A DNA stretch of 63,575 nt, counting the filler, from Hausera hauseri (taxonomy: Eukaryota), in assembly GCA_046269625.1 (NCBI GenBank). It is 12 parts of 12 records of this genome, joined end to end, with 100 filler letters (N's around TTAATTAATTAA, not from the genome) between each part and the next. Parts side by side here need not be neighbours in the genome. Positions count along the whole stretch, not along the records: positions 50,448 to 54,726 come from JBJURY010661108.1; positions 54,827 to 59,342 come from JBJURY010545454.1; positions 59,443 to 63,575 come from JBJURY010741209.1; 9 more parts are not named here. One strand, 5' to 3'. Below are positions 50,504-62,611 of the stretch, piece after piece. The stretch's first letter is position 1, and each line of letters begins with the position of its first letter. The notes under the pieces are model-generated. The model did not search any database, was not told the origin of the DNA, and saw only the letters and a list, made by a program, of their open reading frames with translations. Both the position numbers and the translations under genes were made by a program.

Positions 50504-51709
50504 ATATTGGACGAAAATGTCGGTTTGATTCACGCCATTATGGACAAACAACAACATCATCAAGCCCCAGAAGCAGAGGAATTACTGAAAAATCTTCATA
50601 AAAATCTCATTTATCTGGCTACGATTGCCGACCAGACGACATCCAGTGGCAATCAGCAGTCGACAGCAGCACCACAGCAGCCACAACCACAACCACACGC
50701 ACAATTGCATCAACAACAATACAACTATCCACCTGTCCCCGTGTCACAACCGCCTATTGGTATGCAGTACCCAACTGGCGTTCCACAACAAATGCACGGT
50801 CATCAGTATGGGCCAGTTGGTCCGCAAGGATCTGTAAATGGTTTGGTTTTTTATTTGTTATTAAATTATTTTATTTGTTAATCAAAAAATGCTGTTATCA
50901 AAATCAGATTTATCATTGTAGAACAACATGACAAGAAAATTCATCTTTTCGATGAATCCTCCAAAGAGCCGATTCGATCAGATTCAAACGGATCGAGCAG
51001 CAGCGATGCAGATAAAGACAGCATTGATCAGCGAATGAAGGAGCCGATGGCGGCCCCGCCGCGATTGTGCGAGGAAAAGGACAGCGGTGATATGCCGAAG
51101 GATATCGTCGGCAAACAGCTCCAGCAGCAATTTAGCATGCCGGAAATGCTGATGAAGAACGACGACGGACCAATTCTTCACAATGCGGCCGTCAAACAGG
51201 AAATGCCGCCTCCGCATCCAATTGGCATCCATCCGGATAAACCTCCGATGCAGCAGCCACAGCAATACGCCGGTGGCGGCGGTGGACAGCGATTTATGTA
51301 TCTCGGCAGTGGCGGTGCTGGTGGAGCATTCAGTCAATACAATCCGCATTTTGAGCAGGCCGGTGGAGGGAAATTCTATCCGTCCGGTATTTCGTATCAG
51401 GCTGCAGCAGCAGCTGCCGCAGCGAATCCGTACAATTACCAGGGAATGTACAATCCGTATCAGCAGATGGGAACGCCAGCTGGTGCGGCAGCTGCCCATT
51501 ACGGACAGCACATGGTCGGTGGACCAGTCTATCCACAGTATCAGTATTACCAGCAGCCACCACTACAGCCAATCGATGGTCCAAAGGAAGGTCCACTCGG
51601 ACCACCAATGTATCACTCACCGACGGCTGCTGTCGGTCAACCGATGAAACCTCCGCATCAACCGGATATGCATGGGCCAGTTGGTGGTCAACAGCCAACA
51701 AATGAATGA
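50504..51709 (+). CDS. SS18: SS18/SS18L1 (SYT/CREST)-like BAF-complex subunit, 5'-partial; exons 50504-50840 and 50922-51709
   Basis: SSXT/SNH domain ILDENVGLIHAIM...LHKNLIYLATIAD followed by a QPGY-rich region. GT-AG introns at 50453-50503 (51 nt) and 50841-50921 (81 nt) keep the frame. Confidence 0.9.
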
Positions 51710-52499
51710 TCATCTTTGTCTTGCATTTTGTATATTCGTCAATTTATTGATCTTCCTTCTTTCTGACATCCGTGAAATGCCGTTCTGCCAATTTGATGAT
51801 TGATTGGTTGGTTGCGCTGGTTTTCTTTTCATGTTATTTCCCAGTAAATTGTTTGCGTTGTCTTTTGATTCCCCCTCCCCCAACGGACTTACTTTACATT
51901 TTATTTCCCATTATCCATTAAGATTTTAAAACGTCGACATTATCATGATGACAATCACAATTTAATGCCGAGTCATACAATTATACAAAATTTATGCCGG
52001 GCATTATGTGTGGGTGATTTTACCATTTTTTTATTTGCGTTTGTAAATATCGTGACAGAACAGGGGGGGTAAGAACGAAAATTCCTCAACTTTGTGTGGC
52101 GCAGAATTATAATTACGTTATTTTGACATTGGCAAAATTTATTTTCATATTGATTACCACCGTTTTCTATTCCGTGCGTCGTGAGAAATCGTATGTTGAC
52201 CGGATGAAAGACTTTGTAACAATGCGTCAGATTTGTTGTTATGAAAATGTCACTTACCGATAATTGCAGAAAATATTTAAAAGTATCGTTTTTAAATGAA
52301 AAGAAAAATTGGTTTGCCAAAAATTCTATGGTTACTGTGAAAAGGAATTTAAATGGGTATTAATGTTTAATTTCAATTCAATATATTGCCAACAGAAAGT
52401 CAGGAAATTCAAAAATGAAGAAGCTTTTGTAATAAATCTCTTAGGGATGATTTTGTTTTACAATCATCTGGAAGAGGTTGAGGTGGGGATGGTAGAGAC

Positions 52500-53230
52500 T
52501 CGATCTAATAGAATGCTGACCAACGTTTCATGAGACTTCGATAAGAAATTGATGCCAAAAGAATTCCAGAAAGGTGACAACGTGGAAACCTTTATTGGAA
52601 ATGGCGACAGATACTTCGACTTCATAATGATGTCGGATCGGGAAACCGCGCTCCTGTGTCTGTTGGCGGACGGATAGCAGGAAAATATCAGCTTGTGAGT
52701 CAGACGGTGAAAGGTTACCAAAATCGGAGATCTGCAGGAGGTATTGTACTACAGAATGAATGAGGCCGAACCGGACGCCTACTTGAAGAAAATTGAACAG
52801 CTAGTGAGAGGCATCCTCAGCCAAAAAATAACAGCGGAAGCTGTAACAGAGTAATTGATGATCCACTATTGCAACATTACAGAAATGAGAAAGGAAAGAA
52901 AGTTCACGAGGTGGCAACATAGACGGAAGAGATAAACACAGTCATAGAATACACTAGACAGTGTCGACGGAGTTACAGGGATGTGGCGGTGCACAAATTT
53001 GTCAAACCACGACAGGAAAGACGCCCACACAAGCAGGACATGCAACCTCCAACAAGCACCAAGATGTTTTGGTTGCGGGAAAGTAGGACACATTAAAAGG
53101 AATTGCCCAGAAAGGAAACCCATAATATGCTATGGGTGTGGTCAACAAGGGCACAAGACGAAATTGCATAAAATGCAACAGATGTCACCATAAAGGGCAC
53201 GGGGAAGAAGAGTGCTATACAAAATTGGAC
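52500..53230 (+). pseudogene. Retrotransposon Gag remnant with three CCHC knuckles
   Basis: CFGCGKVGHIKRNC, CYGCGQQGH.., and after a frameshift [14 protein letters not shown]. Confidence 0.8.
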
Positions 53231-53244
53231 AAGAGCTGTTAAAA

Positions 53245-54590
53245 CAAATATAAAGAATTCAATTGCTGGAACGTTGGGTGAAATGATACCCGTAATAGCA
53301 ATCCTGTTACGACGATTGACAACAATTGAATTGGACAAACGTTCGCAAAAGAAATTTCGCGATTTTTGGCTGTACATTGTCATAATGGGATTTGCCTATA
53401 CCGATACAAAAATATGGCCGCAGAAATGGTATGAAGGGTTCTGTGAAATAGCGGCAGAAGCTCCGTTTTGTTGTTGCATGAGCCACTTTTGTACGAATTG
53501 GAGAATAATTTGGAATTTTTGTCCAATACTTTAAATCAAATGGAAGTCCATGACATGAAAACAAAACTGATTCAACTCATTGGAAATTCCGTTGAAGTTT
53601 CGCCGTTACTTGCAAAAATGAGCATAACTCAAATTGCATTTTTGATGGCTGTCTACCGTTTCGAATCGTGTTATGCGTGGAACATAGGAAAGATCCGCTC
53701 GTTAGACATCGAACATTTAAATATAATGAGGATGAAATATCATGAAAGACAAATCAGGAATGTGGACTTGTGTTACACAACTTGGCTCGAAAGTCTACGA
53801 AAACTATATAAAGAGAATGAAAAGACACGAATTGAATTATGAACGAGAAAGAATAATTGATATGCACGCACAATTTTTGTTGGTAAAATTTAACCATGTT
53901 CAAAAACGAGTTCGAATTATAGCTGATCAGTTTTTTACGGATCTCAGCAAACCGTTTCAACACAATTTGGAGTGGTACAGTTTTATGTACTATGTTGGAT
54001 ATCAATCAACTATTGTCGAAGGGTGGCTGAATGTTGACTCCAACCATTCGGCACCAATTTACGATGTGCCGAGAACGAATTTCAAACCGTACTTTGTCGA
54101 CGATATTCAAGTGCGTGAAGAGATTTTGAACGATTTCGTTAAGAATTGCAAGTCGATTCCTGACGTTGCCATGCAGTTGATTGCGAATGTCGTCAGATCT
54201 GATTTGATTCAGTAAATTCTCAAACTTGAGAATTCGGTGGAAAATTTTGGCCAAAATTTTGGATTGCCGATTGCCACACAGGCTGTTTTAATTTTTGCTG
54301 GATATCAGACTAATGTCAGCCTTACAAACATTATTAGTAGTTTATCTCAGATCAGATTTACTGATTCTTTCAAATCGGATTCATCGAATTTTATGGCTAA
54401 TTTAAATCTGAGAAGTCGTTATCTGGGAGAAGTAAGTTGATTTCTTTTTCTTATTAAAAATTGGTCGGTCGGTGTGTAAAAATGAAATTTTGATCATTTT
54501 CAGGTTCATGGAATGTTGGATGCCTTTGATAACATTGATTCAATGACCAATCATCTAATCAACGATCTAAAGAAAGCTTGTTCGAAAGGT
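53245..54590 (+). pseudogene. PI4KA: Phosphatidylinositol 4-kinase alpha, internal fragment with frameshifts/stop and a retained intron
   Basis: [61 protein letters not shown]|VHGM. Intron 54432-54503. Confidence 0.93.
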
Positions 54591-54849
54591 GTCTTTTTCT
54601 TTTCGTTAAACTGTGATTTGTTATTTGAAAATGCTATTGTTTTGCCTGCATGCCTACAGAAATAGTTTTCATCAGATGATAATTTTTCGAAGCAGCATTC
54701 CTAAAACGATTAAGATTCGGTTGCTGNNNNNNNNNNNNNNNNNNNNNNNNNNNNNNNNNNNNNNNNNNNNTTAATTAATTAANNNNNNNNNNNNNNNNNN
54801 NNNNNNNNNNNNNNNNNNNNNNNNNNATTGCAACTGTGCAAAAAAAGTA

Positions 54850-56165
54850 TGATGCTTACTTGAAGAGACCGTTTGGCCAACATACATGAATATTTCAGCA
54901 GTTTATTTGACGTTACTAACAAAACTGGTCAATGGCTATGTGCTGAAGATAAAAAACTGTATGAAATACAGATTCAAAGTGAGGGTGATACCCCGGGCGT
55001 ATGCAACAGCAAAGACTGCTATCAAGAGTACAATTCATCCATTAAAGCGAAGAAAGTTTTGTAGAGTTAATGAAGCACTTGAACAACAACAGAGCGTTAA
55101 TTTCAAGAAAGTTCTAGTGGTAGCGAGGTATCTCAAAGTAGCTCTAATGACACTGAAACAGACGAGGCAGAAATGACACGATCATCCACAGCAGAAGGCC
55201 CGAATCAAGGCACACGTCGAAATTGTTCGCAGCAGACTACATCTAGTGCAGTTTTGTTAATACGATCTGGAAAGTTGACACACCGAAGGGCTGCTGCAGT
55301 TAGCAGTTAGTCAGGCATCAAAATAGCAGCTCCTTCTCAGTCAGGTGTGTACTGAGCGGTTTACAGAGAAACAAGTAAAGTAAGAGAAATTTTAAAGCAG
55401 ACTTTGCAGAAGAGCAAATGTTGCTTGCATTTTGATGGTAAGATAATCAAGAAAAAAGAGCATCAAGCAGTGGTATTAAGGAAAGAAGTAAAAGAAGTGT
55501 GACTCGTTGTGATGTGCTACATAACGAAAAGTCTGCTACAACCACAGTAGCAATTCACAACGTATTAGATAAGTAAATTTATGGCCAGCTATTAAAATGA
55601 TAGAATCAGACACAACAAATGTTAACACCGGTTCGAAGTCTGGCGTTGATGTGAAACTTCAGAAACAGTTCCTTGAACATGGTAAACCTGCGCCACTTTT
55701 CATTGGATGAAGCACCATATACTTTATCGTATACTTAGACATGTGTGGATTACTTGGTAATGTAACTGAGTCTTCTAACATACACATCCATTCGTAACTA
55801 GGATACTTAAAGACTGAAATGCTGAAAGAATAGTTTGGAAAGAGAGAGAACAAGGAATACACAGAACTTCAAGAACAGGAAAAGGGTTGGAGAGATGATA
55901 TGAAATTGCTGAATCATCTGATGTGTGTTCAGGAATTACAGGAATTCTCAGAAAATGCCAAAAGTTAACTTTGGTGCTGTTTACTCATCCGAAAGCATTA
56001 AGCTGCCTTCAGATACATTGGTATCAACTTCCTTCACCAATATACACTCAAAGCAGCAATGTGTATGCACAAAGGGCAATAAAAGTATTACAGGACATTG
56101 TTCTTCTTTATCACTCAGCAGAAAAACTGAACTTACGCTTCATATTAACAAATGTCACTTCGTGA
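54850..56165 (+). mobile_element. Degraded hAT-superfamily (hATm-like) DDE transposase
   Basis: LHFDGK, SDTTNVNTG..SGV, FIG followed by a degenerate CxxH, GWRDDM, SNVYAQRAIK (N..AER..K-like). Confidence 0.68.
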
Positions 56166-56542
56166 AGTTGCAGTATAATTTATATTGCACATTGCTAACT
56201 AGCATTTTATACTGCGATGATGTACAAATTTTCAAACTGCTTGATATGACATTGGTTTAAAATTTTATTCAGTTAATTGTGTTTTTGTGCTTCTGTAATA
56301 AAAAGTCATGCACTGATATTATGCAGTTTGTGTGTGTTTCCGAAGTCATACCTAATACAACCCCGCCCATAAATAACGCCGCACCCCGCACATCTGCGAT
56401 GCATTAAAGAAAGTTCTACTCGAAGCAATTGTTTAGAATTATTTATTACTTGAATATTACGGCAATTATTTTGATGTCATACTGTAAATAGATCTTTTGA
56501 ATACCAGAATCTAAAAATAGTGCACACTTCAGCACAACAAAC

Positions 56543-57514
56543 ATGCCCAGATTTTCTCACGATGCCCTCATACAAATTTTGACATTTTTGGATAGTAGCC
56601 ATCATGTCTTTGATTTATCTCGAAGGTCCAGATGTAACCGTCGAACCATTCAGCGACTCCGGAATAAACGAAATCAGATTTAGGTGTTGATGATTTACAT
56701 CGCTCTGGTGCTCCTAAGAAATCTACAGCGAGAAATGATAGAGTCTTAATTCGAACGTAGAGCCAATTGGGGATTAACAGGGAGAGCTCCACAGAATGCA
56801 TGGCGAGATGAGTGTGGTGTTAACTTGAGTTATACAACAGTTAAACGGAAATTATACAACGGTAGCTTTATGTGGCGAATTGCTAAAAAGAGACCTTTGT
56901 TAACGGAAAGAAATCGCCAGTTTCGCTTGAAATGTGCAAGAGATCATTTCCATTAAACTCCTGCTCAGTAGCGGCGTGTTCCATTCAGTGACCAGACTCT
57001 ATTGTACCTCATCCACCATGCCCAGTAACAATATGTCCGTATTCACCTAGGTACCACTGTTTAGCAGGGGAAGACGTCTGCAACCGTTCACTCTGGCGGT
57101 GGTCACATAATGCTTTAGGGTACTCTCTCTGGTAGTGGTCAAATATGTCTCTGTCAGGTCTCCCATCGGCTAGATTCCGAAGAGTACATTCAAACAATCA
57201 CTGATAATGTTATCCCGCTTAACCTACCGGCAAACAACAGTTTCCCAACAGGATAACTGTCCTATTCATAGCAGTCGACAAACAACACAGTTCTTTGAGG
57301 CTTCCGGACTAACATTATTTCGCTGGCCAGCACAAGAACCCGATTTAAGTAAATGTCATCCGATCATGTTGTTTCTAACATGCAGGTACTATGGATGGCG
57401 GCACAGACAGAGTGGGCAGCTTTGGATATGAAAATTTTGACTCGCCTTACAGATTCCATAACTCGCAGACGTGAAAACGTCATTACTGTTCGAGGGGGTC
57501 ATACTCGTTACTGA
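56543..57514 (+). mobile_element. Degraded Tc1-like transposase
   Basis: RSGAPKKST.R.DR, TVKRKL, AKKRPLLT...RLK.A..H, FSD, QQDNCPIHSS, WPAQEPDL, C-terminal GGHTRY*. Confidence 0.9.
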
Positions 57515-57940
57515 GACGATATAGTTTGTATTTATAGTGTATTCTATCATGGACTTTGATTCGCAATTTGACGACAGATACTATGAAAAAATATTGAAAT
57601 CAGGTGCAACGGGGACGGTTAAACCTCTCTTCGGCACGCCATTGTGCATGCTTCATAGTTTTCTCGACAATCTTCACCAACGTTTGCTTGTATCATGAAA
57701 TTCCTCTCAGTTCCATTGCCGACCTAAAGGTTAAAATACGGATGGACATGCAAATGAGAATTCCGAAGCGTGATCTGTGTATTTTGGAAGAGGAATAAAT
57801 GATGAAAAAGTATATAAACTTTTTTAAAAACACAATATAATTTTGACACTAATAGAAAGCATCAAGTATAAAACCAAGAATTCACCACGAATAAACATTC
57901 AAACGCAACATACAAACTAACGTATTAAATATTAATATTC

Positions 57941-59302
57941 TTAATATTCAACATAAATTCTGATTATTGTAATTGAAGAAACTATTACCTGTGATGCAGC
58001 GTAATGTAAAACATTCCAAAAGTAATCATTGTCTGGTGTTGTTGGTTTAGCACCACAAGTCAGAAGGTATTTGACAATCGATGTATAACCTTGATACGTA
58101 GCTAAATGCAGAGGAGTCCTTCCATTCCTATCCTGTACAGAAACAATATCCTGGGAAAATAATCTTATAAGAGCATTTAATATATCAAATTGATCATGGT
58201 ATGCTGCAAGACTAACTAAAGATATCACAATTTTTGACTGACTTAATTCAACACAGTTATTTGAATCAATTGAGCCATATACACAGTCAAGCTTAGAATC
58301 TTTATCCCTTGCATCTAAAAGAATCATCATTCCATCAATATTCCCGTTAACGACCGCAAAGTGCACCGGATATACAACTGTGCCTAATAAATCAAAGCTG
58401 AAGGAATACAAATATTCAAAGCAAGCTTTATGTCCTTTGGCAGCAGCAAAATGTAGAGGACTGTAGTTGTTATGATCCAACCATATATGCATAAGATCTT
58501 CCTTAAATATTTCTTCTGTTTTGGATGAATTTCTCATATGTTCTACTAACTTTTGAACGATATCAAGATAACCACCAGTTGCAGCCATATGTAATGCTGT
58601 CCTGCCACGAAAATCAGATAAGTCGATTTTTGCATCGTATGAGAGCAATAAATCGACACTTTCCATATGTCCATTAGCAGTAGCCCTATGAAGAGCTGTT
58701 CGACCGTATGTGTCTTCTCGATCAACAGCTGCTTTATTTAAAATTAATTTTTCGGCGGCTCTAACATGGCCATTTTGGACGGCAATCATTAATGAGCTTC
58801 GTTTATGTTCATCCGAATGAAATTCGTACCGACCGAAAATATTAAGGTCGAACGATGAATATTCGTCAGATTCAACGTCACTAAAATTTTCATTTAATAC
58901 CTTTTCATTGCCATTTTCTCTAAACGAATCAATTTTGTCATCCAAAAGAGTTTGTTCATCAAAATCATAATCGTCGTCGTCGATACCTAATATATTTCCT
59001 TTAGAACATAGGCGAGAATCGTATATATAGCGGCAGAATCCATCAGACAGAATGATTCGGTATTTATTTTCATCAGTCACGTATTTAACACTAATTGAAA
59101 TGTTTTTGGGATCAGAAATCTTTAAAAAATATGACGCCCAAGGCATAAATGTCTTTAATGCAACACGATGAATAATCCCCGTAGATGGCAACAGTAATCT
59201 AACTTGTGATTTAAAGCACGAAATTACGTTTGCCTTAGTCAAATGCCACCCATTATTCTTGAGAAATTCGGCGACATACAAGACATTCAAACTGTCTTGC
59301 AT
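57941..59302 (-). CDS. Ankyrin-repeat protein, ANKRD28/44/52 (PP6 ankyrin subunit)-like repeats behind an unrelated N-terminus; exon probably ends at a donor at 57988
   Basis: GRTALHRATANGH, DFRGRTALHMAA, YSPLHFAA, VHFAVVNG, LAAYH, GRTPLHLAT. CAG|GTAAT donor. Confidence 0.88.
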   Translation of the reverse strand: MQDSLNVLYVAEFLKNNGWHLTKANVISCFKSQVRLLLPSTGIIHRVALKTFMPWASYFLKISDPKNISISVKYVTDENKYRIILSDGFCRYIYDSRLCSKGNILGIDDDDYDFDEQTLLDDKIDSFRENGNEKVLNENFSDVESDEYSSFDLNIFGRYEFHSDEHKRSSLMIAVQNGHVRAAEKLILNKAAVDREDTYGRTALHRATANGHMESVDLLLSYDAKIDLSDFRGRTALHMAATGGYLDIVQKLVEHMRNSSKTEEIFKEDLMHIWLDHNNYSPLHFAAAKGHKACFEYLYSFSFDLLGTVVYPVHFAVVNGNIDGMMILLDARDKDSKLDCVYGSIDSNNCVELSQSKIVISLVSLAAYHDQFDILNALIRLFSQDIVSVQDRNGRTPLHLATYQGYTSIVKYLLTCGAKPTTPDNDYFWNVLHYAASQVIVSSITIIRIYVEY

Positions 59303-59442
59303 ACGTCGACCTTTAATACGACTTTTATTACAATTATGAACANNNNNNNNNNNNNNNNNNNNNNNNNNNNNNNNNNNNNNNNNNNNTTAATTAATTAANN
59401 NNNNNNNNNNNNNNNNNNNNNNNNNNNNNNNNNNNNNNNNNN

Positions 59443-60420
59443 CAGTAATGTGAGGAACATTCCTTTAGTAGTAGAATTCCGATATGAACCTGACTGTATG
59501 AGAGTAGGAACAAGAGAATGCCAGCTCCTTGATAATGATTGTGAGTACCAATCAAAGTAAACAAAGGTGACAAGAAACTCAACAGCACTGCTGCGCGTAC
59601 TACGAAACCATACACATAGCTTTACGTCGTTACGAACATATGGAACAAAAAACATCGGAGGTGGCAATAAGTATAATCCGGTCGAGTTACCACATATATT
59701 GGGCAAAATCAAAAACAATGTAACAACTGAAGTATCAATCACTTTCGTTATCAGTTCCATGTGTATTCGGTTATGTAAGAAAATCAAAATACTTTGTGAG
59801 TAATCGATGGTTCCAGGAAGATATTCAGAAAGTATGAAATGTGGCGGGGTTGGCTGAAAAATAGATTGAATTTCGAGTTTAAATAGGGATAGAAAGTACT
59901 GTAGAAAATTATTGGGTAAATGAATCGCGATAAATCCCCAAATAATATCATTGAGGGGAGTAAAAATGAAAGGAGAACAAACGGGCTCCGTGTTGTTATC
60001 AAAGTTATTATCAAATTTATAGCTAATTTTAATCCAAAGGCAGGAAAAAGATGGAAATAACGTCATAGAGGAAGATTTGAAACTGTAGACGAGGTTACAA
60101 ATGGGGCATAGAATTTTGAGTTGTGCGAAATGGAGGTATGACAAAACATGTTGTACGTACAAGGACTGAAAATCAGATACAAAACATATAACAAAGGGAG
60201 GAAATAAAAGATATCCGTACAAGATATATGAGAAAAACTAATACCGACAAATCCATACACAACGACTAACCTTACCCCGTCGTGCGCTAGTTTTTCCAAC
60301 GAGCACCGAGTAGAAATATCCATGTAGAACGTAGATGGCCATAGTGGTTTCTTCCATTGTGAAATTGCCGGACCAGCTCTTTCTCGTTCAAGTTTTGATA
60401 AAATATCTGTAGACTGTAGA
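59443..60420 (-). pseudogene. Paralog of the unknown family at 43700-45739
   Basis: LAHDGVRLVVVYGFVGISFSHI and DFQSLYVQHVLSY, versus LVHDGVRVTVVCRFVSNCFFHI and DL*SPLVQSIL*Y. Confidence 0.6.
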
Positions 60421-60551
60421 TTACCCCAAGAGGAAATGATATCGCTCTTCGTTATGTCATCTTACTGAAAATGCCGCATCATTCATACCACAAAAATCAC
60501 GTAAAAAATACAACTGTTAATAATATCGCTGGTACATCGGAAATATCTGTG

Positions 60552-61448
60552 TTAGGTTGAATATGCGACGGCAGATGATGTTTGCATTTTTCTTTTTGTA
60601 GATAGTTTCTGAGAAATAGAACGTTTTGATCGTAACGTTTGATGTTTGCATACGGAAGTGAAATTCGTTGGTGCTAACTTTAAATCGAATTTCTGATCTT
60701 TGCCCATTCGATAACTGTTCTTTTGGCCAGTTTCCCACTGAACGTCAATCCAACCAGTTTTTAATTCCGAAACGACTGTTCCAATGCCCTTTGAATCTTG
60801 ATCTCCCCATTTCCAGTGTGGACCTCGAATAACCTTGGCTCCAAGAACCATTTGCTTTAATGTTTGTCGTCGAGCATTCTGCTTCTCGTGAATTACCTTA
60901 TCTAAAGTTTCTTTGTGCCATGTTCCCAAATCCGAATAGACGTGAATTACTGTTCCATATAACTCAAAACCAAATACAGTCAAATTATGTCTATTTGAAG
61001 AATTGGGTCCATTCTGAAATATTCTAAAGAATCTCAACCATCACTGGGATCGGCGATATTACCTGATTTTAACATCCACGTAACTGATAACGAGTCACTG
61101 TACAATGAAGCATCGTTTTTATGTTCCATTAGTGTTTCCCAACTTCTTCCATCTTTGGAGCCTTGGAAATGGCAATTTCTTGGAGCGAAATCAGTCCTTC
61201 GGCGAGCATCTTAGAATATATGCAGTTGAAACAAACAATCCAAGGTCAGTAGCAATCCAACTGTTCGATTCATCACTAGTATAACATGAATTGTTAGTTG
61301 TTTCATAGCTTGACACAACCAAATCGATGGATTCCGTAGACATATTGGACCCATCTGAGCTGACAACTGAAATGAGACCAATAATTGAGGGATTTTCGTT
61401 ACCGGATTTTATTCTTTCAACATGTATAGTTCCTATATCGTTGTTCAT
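60552..61448 (-). pseudogene. HECTD1: HECTD1-like fragment (SUN-like and MIB/HERC2 domains), disrupted
   Basis: NP...[64 protein letters not shown]...KFDLKLAP. Frame breaks near 61190 and 61040. Confidence 0.92.
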
Positions 61449-62611
61449 TTTTGTATCGCCATCGGCGCTTTTAGTTGATGCTTGAGTCTTGTCTTTTTTG
61501 GGTATATGTTAGAAACCATTTTATTATTTTGAGGAGATTCAAAAGATATTGATTTAATGAATTCTGTTAAAAACTTGTACATTTTTTCGCCCATTAATTC
61601 AACATTAAAATCTTGAAGATGTAAACAAACCCCCTGGAGTACAAGTGATCTTTGTAAGGTTGTCTGATTATGTGATGCAGCCGAAAGTGCAAAAGCTAAC
61701 ATAATTGAACACTTTCGATGTTCAAGATGTTTTTAAACGTTTACCGAATAAATTTGATGTTGGCTTTATTTCTGTTACTCTGTAAAAGAAATACAATAAA
61801 CCTATAAAAACGCTAACTCCAAGAGCCAATATTTTAAATGTCGGTCATCTTTGTTGTTCAGAGTGATATGTTTATAGGTTGTAATTTATTTGGTCTTACG
61901 ACCTTAAAACTTATTCGTTATTTACTTTAGAGTTTAAGATTTCCCCTTCTCTTAAACTCTTTTATTACTTGTTTATAGTAAATAGTAGCCTGTGGGGTCT
62001 ACCGTTATCTGATTCTTTTACTTAATTTAATTGTTCTTAATGTATGAGATTCGTCAGAAGGTACACTGACGTTCCTCCCCCTTAATTATAGTAATTTAAC
62101 GACCGGATTTTACTGTCCGGTGTATGAGAAAAGCGGGTCCCCTTTTAAATTAATTACCCTATTACTATACGTAACCTTTACTTACGTTATTTTCAAAATA
62201 AACAACTATTGAACAAAGAAAACTTTTAATGTAAGAATCACAACAAAAGCTTAAACGAAAAGAATAAAAATATATAGAATCAAACTTTATGGTAAATAGA
62301 TAAAAAGGTAAATAATCAAAATAGACTTACAATTATCTATCATATACATAGCAAAAAGTGTCGTCATTTTCAGAATACAAGAGGTTTATATAGAAATCCA
62401 TTGGAATAAAATTACATGAAAAAATCAAATGTAATTCCAAGAAGTTTTAAAGAATTCGACAAATAATGAAATAATTACAAAGAAATTAATGCCGGTCGTC
62501 TAGACCGTTTAAAATTTCATTCTTTATTTATGTTAGCATGCAATAATAGTGAGAAAATATTTGTGTCTATTTGTGTGTAGTCAATCACAATATGTATCAA
62601 AGTTTTAGAGT

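Larger units (their letters stand above)
8123..59442. other. Eleven artificial 100-nt contig linkers (44N-TTAATTAATTAA-44N) at 8123-8222, 12285-12384, 20730-20829, 25151-25250, 30778-30877, 36417-36516, 40885-40984, 46068-46167, 50348-50447, 54727-54826, 59343-59442
   Basis: The same N44/TTAATTAATTAA/N44 structure occurs each time. The 12-mer gives stops in all six frames, and genes are cut off at these points. Confidence 0.98.

Noticed and set aside
50984-51713. Overlapping alternative-frame and antisense ORFs over the SS18 exon
   Set aside because: They are shadows of a GC-richer, low-complexity coding exon.
8167-59398. Regularly recurring TTAATTAATTAA as a biological motif (CRISPR-like repeat, piggyBac TTAA site or homeobox site)
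   Set aside because: It is always centred in exactly 44+44 Ns, so it is an assembly linker.
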